This document shows, piece by piece, positions 1-11,492 of a stretch of 64,000 nt of DNA. The notes below the pieces were generated by a model. The model was not told the DNA's origin, searched no databases, and was given only the letters and a program-made list of their open reading frames with translations. The stretch is taken from NCBI GenBank assembly GCA_951406725.2, contig OX597832.1:24118001-24182000 (forward strand), given 5' to 3'. Source of the stretch: Octopus vulgaris (taxonomy: Eukaryota). Every line of letters starts with the position of its first letter. The first letter of the stretch is position 1. A program made the position numbers and the translations under genes.

Positions 1-759
1 CTTAGGGAACACGGCAAAGATAGTGTCAGTCAAGCACCAGTATAAACAAAAGCTTTCTTTCCTTCAACAGATGTCAAAAGTAAATTGTCTAAACAATCAT
101 TTTCAAGGGAAACTGTTCTCCACCACCACCGCCATCGCTGCCGCTACCACTACTATCTTCATCTGCTCATCCCCTTCTGTTTTTTAATATGTCTGGGATG
201 ATATGATATTCGAGGAAGAAGCCCCACCGATAGATTAACTCAAATTTCATCTTGTCAAACACAAAAGCCTTAATATTCATTACAAGTTTACAAGTGTTTC
301 TCCGATGCAATAGGTGATGGCGGTGGCAGGGGGGAGTGGTGGTGTTCGGATGGGGGTGGGGTGGGGGTGGGGGGTTCATGACATGTTTAGAACAAACCTA
401 GCAAACAAAAGCCTTGTTTTTTTTTCTGTTTTTTTTTTTTTATCTCGAAGATCGTCGAATGCTGGATCTGCTTGCATTTCCTCCTCCTCCGACATCAGCT
501 TCCATTATTAATGGGGGTGGGGATTTCATTTCTTGTTTTAAAGAAAACTGTGTATGTGTGTGTGTGTGTGTGTATAAATATAGATGTATGTAGGTAGAGA
601 AGTTGGCTGTGTGGTAAGAAGCTTGCTTCCCGACCACATGGTTCAGGGTTCAGTCCCCTGAAAGGATAAAAGGCTGTGTTGACCCCAGCAGAATTTGAAC
701 TCAGAATGTAAAAACAGATGAAATGACATGAAACAGTTTGCCCAGCATGCTAACAATTC

Positions 760-1155
760 TTATTTCCTTATTGCCCACAAGGGGCTAAGCATAGAGGGGA
801 CAAACAAGGACAGACAAAGGGATTAAGTCGATTACATTGACCCATTGCATAACTGCTACTTAATTTATCGACCCTGAAAGGATGAAAGGCAAAGTCGGCC
901 TCAGCGGAATTTGAACTCAGAATGTAATGGCAGACGAAATACCTATTTCTTTACTACCCACAAGGGGCTAAACACAGAGGGTACAAACAAGGACAGACAC
1001 ACGGATTAAGTCGAATACCTCAACCCCAGTGTGTAACAGTTATTTTTTTAATCAACCCTGAAAGGATGAAAGGCAAAGTCGACCTCGGCAGAACTTGAAC
1101 TCAGAACGTAAAGACAGACGAAATAGCGCTAAGCATTTCGCCCAGCGTGCTAACA
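760..1155 (-). mobile_element. SINE family B (tRNA-like head ggcggcgagctggcag...), two-body copy
   Basis: Two ~185-bp bodies (tatttctttactacccacaagggg...cagacgaaata) plus a partial head; B-box-like gagttcaaattcc on the - strand. Confidence 0.85.
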
Positions 1156-2069
1156 TATATACGACGGGCTTCTTTCAGTTTCCGTCTACCAAATCCACTC
1201 ACAAGGCTTTGGTCGGCCCGAGGCAATATTAGAAGACACTTGCCCAAGATGCCACGCAGTGGGACTGAACCCGGAACCATGTGGTTGGTAAACAAGCTAC
1301 TTACCACACAGTCACTCCTGCGCCTTTTCATTTTTTTTTTTTTTTTTGTTTTTTTTTCTGTTTCTCTCTCGTTTTAAGAAATGCGGAAAGCCACAGTGGT
1401 TATTATTTCATGTTCCCAACTTTTTGAATTTATGTCTTTGACAATTGATTTTTCCTGCATCTTATTATGAAGTAATGTACTTCTGTCAAAAGCTTTCTCG
1501 CCGTTCTGTGACACTAAGTTCTTTATGAAGTGACCGTATAATCCTCCTTTAATTCCTGGTTGGAGATTCTTGGCATAATAACCTTTGCTTCCATAACTGC
1601 TAATGTACTGTTCATGGCGTTTCCATTATCATTGTGATGTTTCTTCATGCTTGTGTGCAAGAAATATTTATTCCATGCTTTTCTGCTGGCACCATAAGGA
1701 AAGTGAAAGTATTCTTCATTTCAAGAAGATTTACTACGAAGCAAAGCAACTAAGATACTGTCTGAAGGAGCTTCTATGTGGTTGCCTAGCCTGCTAGAAT
1801 GAACAGCTAAATCTTCAACTCACACCCTATCATCATCATCATCATTGTTTAACCTTCATTTTTTCCATGCTTGCATGGGACATACAGAATTTATTGAGGC
1901 AAGTTTTCTACTGCCAGATGCCCTTTCTGTTCTGACCATTTGCCTTTTTCCAAGTAAAGTAGTATTCCCCGTGACCAGAGGTGTTTTCATGGAATATTGA
2001 AAATGAAGGACACTTGCTTACAACCATTACACGAAACCAAGAAGACAGTAAAACATGCCTCCCCCCCCC

Positions 2070-2900
2070 CACTGGCACGAGGACCAGTCAGGTGGTACTG
2101 GCAACGGCTACGCTCAAATGGTGTTTTTTATGTGCCACTTGCACAGGAGCCACTCCAGCAGCACTGGCTATGACTTCGCTCAAATATTGTGTCTCACATG
2201 CCACCGGCACAAGTGCCAGTGAGGCAATGCTGGTTATGATCACGCTCAAATGGTGCTTTTTATGTGCCACTGGCATGGGAGCCAGTCAGCGACCCTGGTA
2301 ACGATCACGCTCGGATGGTGCTCTTAGCGCTCCACTAGCATGGAATCCAGTCATGCGGTGCTATCATCGAATTTGATTTCGATTCCACTTGCCTCAACAT
2401 GTCTTCGCAAGCAGAGTTTAGTGTCCAATGAAAGAAAGGTGCACATAAGTGGGCTGGTTACACCCCTGGCATAGGCCACGGGTTATGGTCTCACTTGGCT
2501 TGCTGGGTTTTCTCAAGCACAGCATATTTCCAAAGGTCTCGGTCACTAGTTATTGCCTCGTAGAGGCCTAATGTTTGAAGGTCATACTTCACCACCTCCT
2601 CATCCCAGGTCTACCTCTTCCACAGGTTCCCTCAACCGCTAGGGTGTGGCACTTTGTTACACAGTTATCTTCATCCATTCTCACCACATGACCATACCAG
2701 TGCAGTCATCTCTCTTACACACCACATCTGATGCTTCTTGGGTCCAACTTTTCTCTCAATGCACTTACACTCTGTCGAGTATGCACACTGACAGAACACA
2801 TCCAGTGGAGCATACTGGCTTCATTCCTTGCAAGCTTACACATGTCCTCAGCAGTCACGGCCCATGTTTCACTGCCACGTAGCATGGCTGTTTGTACACA
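2070..2900 (-). mobile_element. RTE-clade LINE 3' fragment (C-terminal end of the RT ORF + 3' UTR)
   Basis: Minus-strand peptide VQTAMLRGSETWAVTAEDMCKLARNEASMLHWMCSVS...LREKL (the YGSETW...MLRWM pattern of RTE ORFs), degenerate. Its 3' UTR carries the gtgccggtggcac-ataaaaagcacc modules. Confidence 0.85.
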
Positions 2901-3074
2901 TAAGGGTAATAATACCACTTCCATTCCGAAGGTTAGCCTATTTTTTTTTAAATGTTCATTGCATTGCTCATGTGTATACTGATCATAAGATAGGTGATTT
3001 TTAGAAGCTGTTGCTTTGATTTTTAGCAAGCATTTTTTTTGCCCTTCTTTTCTTCAATTATATATATATATATA

Positions 3075-3253
3075 CTTTATTTAAAGCAGCAGAAAATTCT
3101 ACAAAACCTGTTACTCTGAGTTTCGCATTGCCGTTCATCGGACAGTTTTTGCTAGAAAATTTTCTGCTGCTTTAAATAAAGCATATTACTCTACCACTGG
3201 TATTTGAGTACTCTTTTTTTCCACCTTGTTTCGCATTTATGTGTTTACTCTGG

Positions 3254-3255
<2 letters not shown>
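3075..3255. mobile_element. Short fold-back element in (TA)n, probably Penelope-like-derived
   Basis: 24-bp inverted repeat ctttatttaaagcagcagaaaatt (3075-3098) / aattttctgctgctttaaataaag (3158-3181), (TA)n on both sides, hammerhead-like core inside. Confidence 0.6.
3108..3145 (-). ncRNA. Type I hammerhead ribozyme-like motif (U4C variant, weak stem II)
   Basis: Minus strand: ctgt-CCGATGA-acg gcaa tgc-GAAA-ctcagag-TA-acag. Stem I is ctgt/acag; stem III is quasi-palindromic ACTCAGAGT. Confidence 0.5.
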
Positions 3256-3309
<54 letters not shown>

Positions 3310-3356
3310 GTTAGCCACTACACACATTTTTTTCTCTCCTTATTTTTTCTGTGTCC

Positions 3357-3392
3357 CTTTCTGTAGAAGAGTGTAGGCTCGAAACGTAAAAG
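3357..3392 (+). ncRNA. Minimal type I hammerhead-like motif (PLE type, A6U change)
   Basis: cttt-CTGTAGA-A-gagt gtag gctc-GAAA-CG-TA-aaag. Stem I is cttt/aaag and stem III is palindromic ACGT. Lies in a ~170-bp element between (GA)n and (TA)n. Confidence 0.5.
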
Positions 3393-3676
3393 ACTTTTTC
3401 TATTTCTGAGCATTATACTAATACATGTTTGTTTTGTACACCACCTGTCTTCGTCTTTTGTTTTTTTCATAAACTTTCCCTATATATATATGTATATACG
3501 CACACACTCACACACATCTTTTGATATCTCTCATTTGTAAATATCAGTATTTATGTGTGTTGTATAATTGTTTTATTCTTTTCTTTTAATCAGAGAGATT
3601 TTTAGATTTGTGATTTACACTATTTGTTATATTTTTAAAATTAATTTTTTTTCTTTTTTCCCCTTTTCTATTTCAG

Positions 3677-3818
3677 TACATTCCTTTACCTGAAGTTTTT
3701 TATGGTTTGGGCTTTAGTTGTAATGGCTGACTTCATGTTGGAATTTCGATTTGAATATCTGTGGCCATTTTGGTTATTGCTAAGGAGTGTGTATGATTCA
3801 TTCAAATATCAAGGCCTG
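3677..3818 (+). CDS. MACO1: Macoilin coding exon A (first exon visible in the window; N-terminal transmembrane region)
   Basis: Polypyrimidine tract + tttcag| acceptor and ctg|gtaagt donor. Translates TFLYLKFFMVWALVVMADFMLEFRFEYLWPFWLLLRSVYDSFKYQGL, recognisable as the macoilin/TMEM57 N-terminus. Not in the ORF track. Confidence 0.96.
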
Positions 3819-4134
3819 GTAAGTAGATTACAGTTTTAAAAATCAAATCTCCTTCAAGACTTATTAGTCTTTTTTATGATTAAGCACATAAATGCCGTTA
3901 TATGAATTTTTGCTTGAAGATTGTGGTGCCATGAAACCCAAGTTGCGAGACAAACTCCCAGATTTACAGAAAAAAAAATGTGTGTGTGTAAGGCGGTGCT
4001 CCAGCATGGCTGCAGTCAAATGACTGAAACAAGTAATAGAATAAAAGAAAGAAATATGTAGGTGCAGGTGGGGTTGGGTGGTAAGAAGCCAAAAAGGAGA
4101 TTGGGTGGTAAGAAGCTTCTTTTTTTTTTTTTTG

Positions 4135-6195
4135 TTCTTTATTGCCCACAAGGGGCTAAACATAGAGGGGACAAACAAGGACAGACAAAGGAATTAAGTC
4201 GATTACATCGAGCCCCGTACATAACTGGTATTTATTTAATCGACCGCGAAAGGATGAAAGGCAAAGTCGACCTCAGCAGAATTTGAACTCAGAACGTAAC
4301 GGCAGACGAAATACCTATTTCTTTACTACCCACAAGGGGCTAAACATAGAGGGGACAAACAAGGACAGACAAGGAATTAAGTCGATTACATCGAGCCCCC
4401 GTGCATAACTGGTACTTAATTAATCGACCCTGAAAGGATGAAAGGCAAAGTCGACCTCAGCGGAATTTGAACTCAGAACGTAACGGCAGACGAAATACCT
4501 ATTTCTTTACTACCCACAAGGGGCTAAACATAGAGGGGACAAACAAGGACAGACAAAGGAATTAAGTCGATTACATTGACCCCCGTGCATAACTGGTACT
4601 TAATTAATCGACCCCGTAAGGATGAAAGGCAAAGTCGACCTCGGCGGAATTTGAACTCAGAACGTAACGGCAGACGAAATACCTATTTCTTTACTACCCA
4701 CAAGGGGCTAAACATAGAGGGGACAAACAAGGACAGACAAAGGAATTAAGTCGATTACATTGACCCCCGTGCATAACTGGTACTTATTTAATCGACTCCG
4801 AAAGGATGAAAGGCAAAGTTGACCTCAGCTGAATTTGAACTCAGAACGTAACGGCAGACGAAATACCTATTTCTTTACTACCCACAAGGGGCTAAACATA
4901 GAGGGGACAAACAAGGACAGACAAAGGAATTAAGTCGATTACATTGACCCCCGTGCATAACTGGTACTTATTTAATCGACCCCGAAAGGATGAAAGGCAA
5001 AGTTGACCTCAGCGGAATTTGAACTCGGAACGTAGCAGCAAACGAAATACCTATTTCTTTACTACCCACAAGGGGCTAAACATAGAGGGGACAAACAAGG
5101 ACAGACAAAGGAATTAAGTCGATTACATCGACCCCTGTGCATAACTGGTACTTATTTAATCGACCCCGAAAGGATGAAAGGCAAAGTCGACCTCAGCTGA
5201 ATTTGAAATCATCACGTAACGGCAGACGAAATACCTATTTCTTTACTACCCACAAGGGGCTAAACATAGAGGGGACAGACAAAGGAATTAAGTCGATTAC
5301 ATTGACCCCCGTGCATAACTGGTACTTATTTAATCGACCCCGAAAGGATGAAAGGCAAAGTTGACCTCAGCGGAATTTGAACTCGGAACATAACGCAGCA
5401 AACGAAATACCTATTTCTTTACTACCCACAAGGGGCTAAACATAGAGGGGACAAACAAGGACAGACAAAGGAATTAAGTCGATTACATTGACCCCCGTGC
5501 ATAACTGGTACTTATTTAATCGACCCCGAAAGGATGAAAGGCAAAGTTGACCTCAGCTGAATTTGAACTCAGAACGTAGCGACAGAACGAAATACCTATT
5601 TCTTTACTACCCACAAGGGGCTAAACATAGAGGGGACAAACAAGGACAGACAAAGGAATTAAGTCGATTACATTGACCCCCGTGCATAACTGGTACTTAT
5701 TTAATCGACCCCGAAAGGATGAAAGGCAAAGTCGACCTCAGCTGAATTTGAACTCAGAACGTAGCGACAGAAGAAATACCTATTTCTTTACTACCCACAA
5801 GGGGCTAAACATAGAGGGGACAAACAAGGACAGACAAAGGAATTAAGTCGATTATGTCAACCCTTGTGCATAACTGCTACTTATTTAATCGACCCCGAAA
5901 GGATGAAAGGCAAAGTTGACCTCAGCGGAATTTGAACTCGGAACATAGCAGCAAACGAAATACCTATTTCTTTACTACCCACAAGGGGCTAAACATAAAG
6001 GGGACAAACAAGGACAGACAAAGGAATTAAGTCGATTACATTGACCCCCGTGCATAACTGCTACTTATTTAATCGACCCCGAAAGGATGAAAGGCAAAGT
6101 CGACCTCAGCGGAATTTGAACTCAGAACGTAACGGCAGACGAAATACCGCTAAGCATCTCGCCCGGCGTGCTAACGATTCTGCCAGCTCGCCGCC
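4135..6195 (-). repeat. Tandem array of SINE family B: one 5' head + 11 bodies of ~184 bp
   Basis: Unit starts near 4135, 4313, 4498, 4682, 4866, 5050, 5234, 5410, 5595, 5779 and 5963. The single tRNA-like head (reverse complement of ggcggcgagctggcagaatcgttagcacgccgggcg) is at ~6150-6195. Confidence 0.93.
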
Positions 6196-6719
6196 CTTAC
6201 CACCCAGCCACACCTGCACCTATACATATTTTTTTCTTTTAATCTTTTACTTGTTTCAGTCATTTGACTACAGCCATGCTGGAGCACCACCTTACATACA
6301 CACACACACACATATTCTCAGAACTGTGAAAATAAAATGAAAACCAGATATTGTTGATGTATTTCATGTCATTTTCTCCATTACCATTATTTATCAAAAG
6401 AGGTTGATTAAGATTGACAAGTAAATTAATTTAATAATAGATAGATTGTGAAAGCATAATTAAGATTATTTTGATTGCTTGCTCCAAAAATATTCATGAG
6501 GCATCAAAAAATTAATCATAATTTAGCTGTAATAGAAATATCACATTTTTGTCTTTTTGTAGTGGAAAATATAGTTTGACTGATAGAAACAGAAATATTT
6601 TTAAAGAATTTTTTTATAAAGTAATTTTATATTAGATTTCGATATTAAAATTTTCAAAATCTTGTCAGCGTGGAAAGTGGATATAAAGATTGTGATGATG
6701 GCTGCTGCTGCTTGTTTGT

Positions 6720-7040
6720 TTGTTTGTTTGTTGAGCGAAGCAGTTTTCGTCCCAGAGAGGGAGAAGTCCGAAACATGGTCCTTTGCTATTCATAAGACCC
6801 ACAGAAGAGAAAGCAGGTCAACCCCCCGACACCGAGAGCATCGACGGATGGATGAATGCGCATCCAGGCTCAGCGGTTGCATATGAAGTCAGGGACAAGA
6901 AACAGGAAGAAAGAGTGAGGGAAAGTTGGGGCGAAAGAGTACAACAGGGGTCGCCACCACCCCCTGCCGGAGCCTCGTGGAGCTTTAGGTGTTTTCGCTC
7001 AATAAACACACACAACACCTGGTCTGGGAATTGAAACCGC
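6720..7040 (-). mobile_element. SINE family D (gagcgaaaacacctaaagctccacg body), partial
   Basis: Same body as the copies at ~16900-17285 (+) and ~26710-27010 (+). Confidence 0.7.
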
Positions 7041-8049
7041 CGGGCATGGCTTGTAGGCACGGGCATGGCTGTGTGGTTAGGGAGCTTGCTTCCTAGCTAC
7101 ATGGTTTCAGGTTCAGTCCCACTGCGCGGCACTTTAGGCAGGTGTCTTCCACTATAGCCCCAAGCCGACCGGAGCTTTGTGATTGAATTCGGTAGGTGGA
7201 AGTTACTGCCGTGTGTGTATGTGTGCGTATAGCTGCTCAGTGCCTTTCCGAAAGAGAGAGAGGGGAATCCTTCGACCGCGAGTTCATTGCCCTAACCATT
7301 GGGCCATTGTGCCTCCACAGCTGCTGCTGCTCTTTGTCTTCTTTGCCTCCTTATTGAAAAAAGGAATGGTTTATTTGCTGGTTGAGAAGTTATGTTGATA
7401 ATGAAACTGAAGGTGCTGTCATTGCTGAGAGGGATGAGGTGACGAAGTAGCATATCAAAGGGGTGATGGCAAGTGTTTGGTCCTCTGTGTTGTGGACACT
7501 GAAATCCTCTTCCTTAATGGCTTCAATTTTCACAACCCTTCTTAATACTTGCACATCTAATATGATAACAAGGCTGACGATTTTGAGGGGACGAGCAGGT
7601 CAATTACATCAACCCCAGTGCATAACCAGTACTTTGTTTTATTGATCCTCAAAAGCATGAAAGGCAAAGTTGATCTTGATAGGATTTGAACTCCTAGCAT
7701 AAAGAGCCAAAGCAAATACCACAAAGCATATTTCCTGAAAAATATATAACAATAATAATAATAACAATAATAATGGTTTCAAATTTTGGCACAAAGCCAG
7801 CAGTTTCAGGGAGGGGGTTAAGTCAATTACATCAACCCCAGTACTCAACTGGTACTAATTTTATCAGCCTTGAAAGGATAAAAGGCAAAGTCAACCTTGG
7901 CAGATTTTGAACTCAGAATGTAGAGGTTGACAGAATGCTGCTAAGCATTTTGCCTGGTGTACTAATGGTTCTGCCAGCTCACCACCTTAACGATGGTGAT
8001 GACGACGACTATGACACACACAGACACATGAAATAATTTCAATAAAATG

Positions 8050-9325
8050 TGTACCATCCGAACGTGGTTGATGCCAGCACTGCCATGACTGGCTTCTGTG
8101 CCAGTGGCATGTAAAAAGTACCAACCGATCGTGGCCGCTGCCAGCCTCCCCTGGCACCTGTGCCGGTGGCACGTAAAAAGCACCACCCGATCGTGGCCGC
8201 TGCCAGCCTCCCCTGGCACCTGTGCCGGTGGCACATAAAAAGCACCAACCGATCATGACCACTGCCAGCCTCCCCTGGCACCTGTGCCGGTGGCACGTAA
8301 AAAGTACCAACCGATCGTGGCCGCTGCCAGCCTCCCCTGGCACCTGTGCCGGTGGCACATAAAAAGCACCAACCGATCATGACCACTGCCAGCCTCCCCT
8401 GGCACCTGTGCCGGTGGAACGTAAAAAGCACCAGCCGATCGTGGCCGCTGCCAGCCTCCCCTGGCACCTGTGCCGGTGGCACGTAAAAAGCACCAGCCGA
8501 TCGTGGCCGCTGCCAGCCTCCCCTGGCACCTGTGCCGGTGGCACGTAAAAGCACCACCCGATCGTGGCCGCTGCCAGCCTCCCCTGGCACCTGTGCCGGT
8601 GGCACGTAAAAAGCACCACCCGATCGTGGCCGCTGCCAGCCTCCCCTGGCACCTGTGCCGGTGGCACATAAAAAGCACCAACCGATCATGACCACTGCCA
8701 GCCTCCCCTGGCACCTGTGCCGGTGGCACGTAAAAAGCACCAACCGATCGTGGCCGCTGCCAGCCTCCCCTGGCACCTGTGCCGGTGGCACATAAAAAGC
8801 ACCAACCGATCGTGGCCGCTGCCAGCCTCCCCTGGCACCTGTGCCGGTGGAACGTAAAAAGCACCAGCCGATCGTGGCCGCTTCCAGCCTCCCCTGGCAC
8901 CTGTGCCGGTGGCACGTAAAAAGCACCAGCCGATCGTGGCCGCTGCCAGCCTCCCCTGGCACCTGTGCCGGTGGCACGTAAAAAGCACCACCCGATCGTG
9001 GCCGCTGCCAGCCTCCCCTGGCACCTGTGCCGGTGGCACGTAAAAAGCACCACCCGATCGTGGCCGCTGCCAGCCTCCCCTGGCACGTAAAAAGTACCAC
9101 CCGATCGTGGCCGCTGCCAGCCTCCCCTGGCACCTGTGCCAGTGGCATATAAAAAGCACCAACTACACTCACAGAGTGGTTGGCGTTAGGAAAGGTATCC
9201 AGCTGTAGAAACATTGCCAGATCAGACTGGAGCCTGGTGCAGCCTCCTGGCTTCCCAGACCCCGGTCGAACCGTCCAACCCATGCTAGCATGGAAAACGG
9301 ACGTTAAACGATGATGATGATGATG
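8050..9325 (+). repeat. RTE 3'-end copy containing a 62-bp tandem array (~17 units)
   Basis: Unit ctggcacctgtgccggtggcacgtaaaaagcaccacccgatcgtggccgctgccagcctccc, period 62 (8151 to 8213), followed by the ggttggcgttaggaa...gatgatgat tail. Explains the long repetitive ORFs here. Confidence 0.92.
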
Positions 9326-9459
9326 TACCAGTTATACAATGTTGGTCCAGTCTATTGCTGTAAGCTATACATCTTTTCCTAGTATTCACATATGCCGGGT
9401 ACTATTCTGTATGAAGTGTTCAGGAGGTGAAGCATCTTGGCTGTTGCTACCAATTATAA

Positions 9460-9880
9460 GGCGCAGGAGTGGCTGTGTGGTAAGTAGCTTGCTAACCAAC
9501 CGCATGGTTCCGGGTTCAGTCCCACTGCGTGGCATCTTGAGCAAGTGTCTTCTGCTATAGCCCTGGGCCGACCAATGCCTTGGGAGTGGATTTGGTAGAC
9601 GGAAACTGAAAGAAGCCTGTCGTATATATGTATATATATATATGTATGTGTGTGTATGTTTTTGTGTGTCTGTGTTTGTCCCCCTAGCATTGCTTGTCAA
9701 CCGACGATGCTGGTGTGTTTATGTCCCCGTTACTTAGCGGTTCGGCAAAAAGAGAACGATAGAATAAGTACTGGGCTTAGAAAAAGAATAACTCCCGGGG
9801 TCGATTTGCTCGACTAAAAGGCGGTGCTCCAGCATGGCCGCAGTGAAATGACTGAAACAAGTAAAAGAGTAAAAAGAGTA
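9460..9880 (+). mobile_element. SINE family A (tRNA-derived head ggagtggctgtgtggtaag..., internal TA/TG microsatellite), full length
   Basis: A-box-like tggctgtgtgg, B-box-like ggttcagtccc, 3' end gactgaaacaagtaaaagag; many near-identical copies in the window. Confidence 0.9.
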
Positions 9881-10194
9881 GCATAAGCATGGATAGAGAC
9901 ATAATTATGCCATATAAAGAAGTATTGATGTCCATTTGAATCCAGTGTACTTTTGGTCCTTGTATTGTGAACCGTGGAGCAATAAACAACAAAATCCAGC
10001 TAATTAGGATAGGATTTGAATGCAGAGCCCTCGAGGTTTTTATGTTGTATTCATCCCATCGATCCAGTTCAACCCGGCATTCTATTGTGTCAATTACATA
10101 CATTATATCCAAATAGAGACAGATATTGTTGGTCGTCTTAAGCAAGCTCTTTATTCAGCGCTGTTTATCTGTAACCTTGGTAACATTCCTCCCA

Positions 10195-10233
<39 letters not shown>

Positions 10234-10705
10234 TGCATAAAACTTGAAGATGGGGGAAAAAAAATGTATAAAATTATTATTAATGATTAGTTTTATGAAT
10301 TCTGCAAGTAATGAAGGGATTAGGAGATAATTTCATTCTTACCGTTCCAGAAAATTTTTGCTGTCACTTGAACAAAGCTTTTTCCCCCCAGGGTACATGA
10401 CAATATAAATGCATTCTTCTAATATTCTTCATCTGTTAATTGTTATAATGCGCATCAGCATTGAGAATTCTCATCTTATATCATACATCCAGGTGTGATA
10501 ATAAAATAAAATGAAAATGAAATGAAATGAAATAAGAAACCCTGCAAGATATTTGACAAATATTAGCAAATTGAATTTGGTAATATTGCAGATCTTTTGT
10601 GTAAAAGACTGACTGTTTGTTAGTTTTGTTGAATGGGAAGGTGGGGAAAATAATCAAGCTAGATTCCAAGTTTCCAAGTGTTGCTTGTGAACATCACGAA
10701 TGAAC

Positions 10706-10922
10706 TCTTTACTCTTTTACTTGTTTCTGTCATTTGACTGCGGCCATGCTGGAGCACCGCCTTTAGTCGAGCAACTCGACCCCGGGACTTATTCTTTTGT
10801 AAGCCCAGTACTTATTCTATCAGTCTCTTTTGCCGAACTGCTAAGTGACAGGGACGTAAACACACCAGCATCGTCGGTTGTCAAGCAATGCTAGGGGGAC
10901 AAACACAGACACACACACGCAT

Positions 10923-10955
<33 letters not shown>

Positions 10956-11119
10956 CGACGGGCTTCTTTCAGTTTCCGTCTACCAAATCCACTCACAAGG
11001 CTTTGGTCGGCCCGAGGCTATAGTAGAAGACACTTGCCCAAGGTGTCACGCAGTGGGACTGAACCCGGAACCATGTGGTTGGTTAGCAAGCTACTTACCA
11101 CACAGCCACTCCTGCGCCT
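10706..11119 (-). mobile_element. SINE family A, full length
   Basis: Reverse complement of the 9460-9880 consensus; flanked by a ~120-bp direct duplication. Confidence 0.9.
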
Positions 11120-11492
11120 ATATATTGCAGATATTTTGTGTAAAAGACTGGCTGTTTGTTAGTTTTGTTCAATGGGAAGGTGGGGAAATAATCAAGCTAG
11201 ATTCCAAGTTTCAAAGTGTTGCTTGTGAACATCATGAATGAACGTGTGAAACTGGAGCAGATGTGGCTGTGTGGTTAAGGAACTTGTTTCCCGACTGTGT
11301 AGTCTTAGGTTCGGCCCCACTGTGTAGCACCTTAAGAAAGTTGTTCTCTGCTATAGCCCTGAGCCACTGAAAGCCTTGCAAGTAGATCAGGTAGACAGAA
11401 ACTGAGTGGGTGCCCATCATGTATGTGTGTGTGTGTCGGGCAGTGTGTTGTGTTCTTGAGCAAGACACTTTATATATATATATATATATATA

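Noticed and set aside
1-3676. Macoilin first coding exon (MKRR... start)
   Set aside because: No matching frame found. The MKRRRS ORF at 1101-1331 is on the - strand and is SINE sequence, so the exon is presumably upstream of the window.
4135-6195. CRISPR-like appearance, or a retrozyme array with a ribozyme in each unit
   Set aside because: There are no unique spacers and the context is eukaryotic; I found no hammerhead or twister core in the unit on either strand.
8130-8195. Resemblance of ggccgctgccagcctcccctggc to the HDV ribozyme 5' half
   Set aside because: A P3/L3-like GCC-TCCCCT-GGC is present, but there is no upstream P1 partner for ACCTGTG, no GG directly after it for P1.1, and no P2 pairing.
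8039-9283. 414-aa and 277-aa repetitive ORFs
   Set aside because: They are translations of the 62-bp tandem array in rotating frames; there are no splice signals or protein homology.
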